Shown: piece by piece, positions 63,262-64,000 of the stretch
How positions within the stretch are numbered: the first letter of the stretch is position 1
How the letters are laid out: the number at the start of each line of letters is the position of its first letter
Assembly: GCA_965223905.1 (NCBI GenBank)
Contig: CBDCXV010000010.1
Span: forward strand, 1,952,001-2,016,000
Source of the DNA: Candidatus Latescibacterota bacterium
GTDB lineage: Bacteria > Latescibacterota > UBA2968 > UBA8231
DNA: 64,000 nt
Direction: 5' to 3'
Made by a program: the position numbers and the translations under genes
The notes under the pieces: generated by a model
Databases searched by the model: none
What the model saw: only the letters and a program-made list of their open reading frames with translations
What the model was told of the DNA's origin: nothing

Positions 63262-64000
63262 ATGAACGGTCCGCTTTCTGCAACGCAGGTGGCATCTTTC
63301 CAACGAGACGGTTTTCTCGTCGTCGAGGACGTGTTGAGCGCGGACGAGGTCGCGACCCTCGCCGAGCGAGCGGATCTGATCGCGGCGGGAGAAACCGACC
63401 ACATACCCGACGCGAGCGTTCAGCTGGAGCCCGTCTTCCTCTCGGGAGAGAGGGCGGTCGAGGACCAGGTGCTCTCGGTGCGCAAGCTCTCCAACATCGC
63501 CGTCTACGACCCGGTGATGTGGGAGCACGCGACCCATCCCAAGATCGTCGACATCATCGCCGCGCTGCTGGGTACCGACGACCTGAAGATGTACGGCGAC
63601 CAGCTCTTCATGAAGGCGCCGGAGATCGGCCGTGCCAAGGCCTGGCATCAGGATTCGGCCTCGTGGCGCGACATCCTGCCCATGGATCTGGTGTCGGCGT
63701 GGACGGCCATCGACACAGCCACCCTCGACAACGGCTGCCTGCACTTCGCCCCCGGGACCCATCGCTGGGGCATGCTGAACGGGCGCCAGCTCGAGCCTTT
63801 CCTACCAGACCTCGACGGCGGCCGCTGGCCCAGCGTGCCGGTGCCGCTGCGTGCGGGCAGCGTCAGCTTTCACCACAGCCTCACCCTTCACAGCAGCGGC
63901 CCCAATCAAACCGCCACGCGCCGTCGCGGGTACGCCGTCCACTACATGCGGGCGACGTCGATCAAGGACGAGGCGGTGACGGACGCCCCGAAGATGCCAC
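63262..64000 (+). CDS. Phytanoyl-CoA dioxygenase (PhyH) family Fe(II)/2-oxoglutarate dioxygenase, runs off the window
   Basis: MNGPLSATQVASFQRDGFLVV..., DQLFMKAP...WHQD, W.AID.AT.DNGCL.F.PG.H, FHH.LTLH.S..N...RR. Confidence 0.9.
   Translation, partial: MNGPLSATQVASFQRDGFLVVEDVLSADEVATLAERADLIAAGETDHIPDASVQLEPVFLSGERAVEDQVLSVRKLSNIAVYDPVMWEHATHPKIVDIIAALLGTDDLKMYGDQLFMKAPEIGRAKAWHQDSASWRDILPMDLVSAWTAIDTATLDNGCLHFAPGTHRWGMLNGRQLEPFLPDLDGGRWPSVPVPLRAGSVSFHHSLTLHSSGPNQTATRRRGYAVHYMRATSIKDEAVTDAPKMP

Overview
GC-rich bacterial chromosomal region. The gene families (DUF6785/DUF6784 membrane proteins, FlgD-Ig C-terminal sorting domains, a short ...WGRIK C-terminal tag, many uncharacterised beta-propeller glycosidase-like paralogs) suggest a Latescibacterota/Poribacteria-like lineage; this is inference. 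Main contents: (i) a large carbohydrate-scavenging repertoire with five GH32/GH-J-like propeller paralogs, DUF4091-like and DUF4838 proteins, a GH42-like pseudogene, rhamnose mutarotase, two intact DUF6785 transporters and a PhyH dioxygenase; (ii) an ~18 kb minus-strand operon with four secreted proteins sharing an FTPNGDGxND C-terminal domain, a ~900-aa probable outer-membrane protein and a PpiC foldase lipoprotein, bracketed by two inverted copies of its own promoter region; two of the secreted genes have near-identical DNA ends and hypervariable central loops; (iii) heavy mobile-element load: a triple-nested IS1380>IS1182>IS701 stack with all TIRs and TSDs resolvable, plus IS5, IS66, IS21 and an antisense group II intron with a non-canonical 5' end; (iv) many gene remnants and frameshifts, some probably long-read homopolymer errors. 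No rRNA, tRNA or CRISPR array was seen. Family calls come from motif recognition, not database searches.
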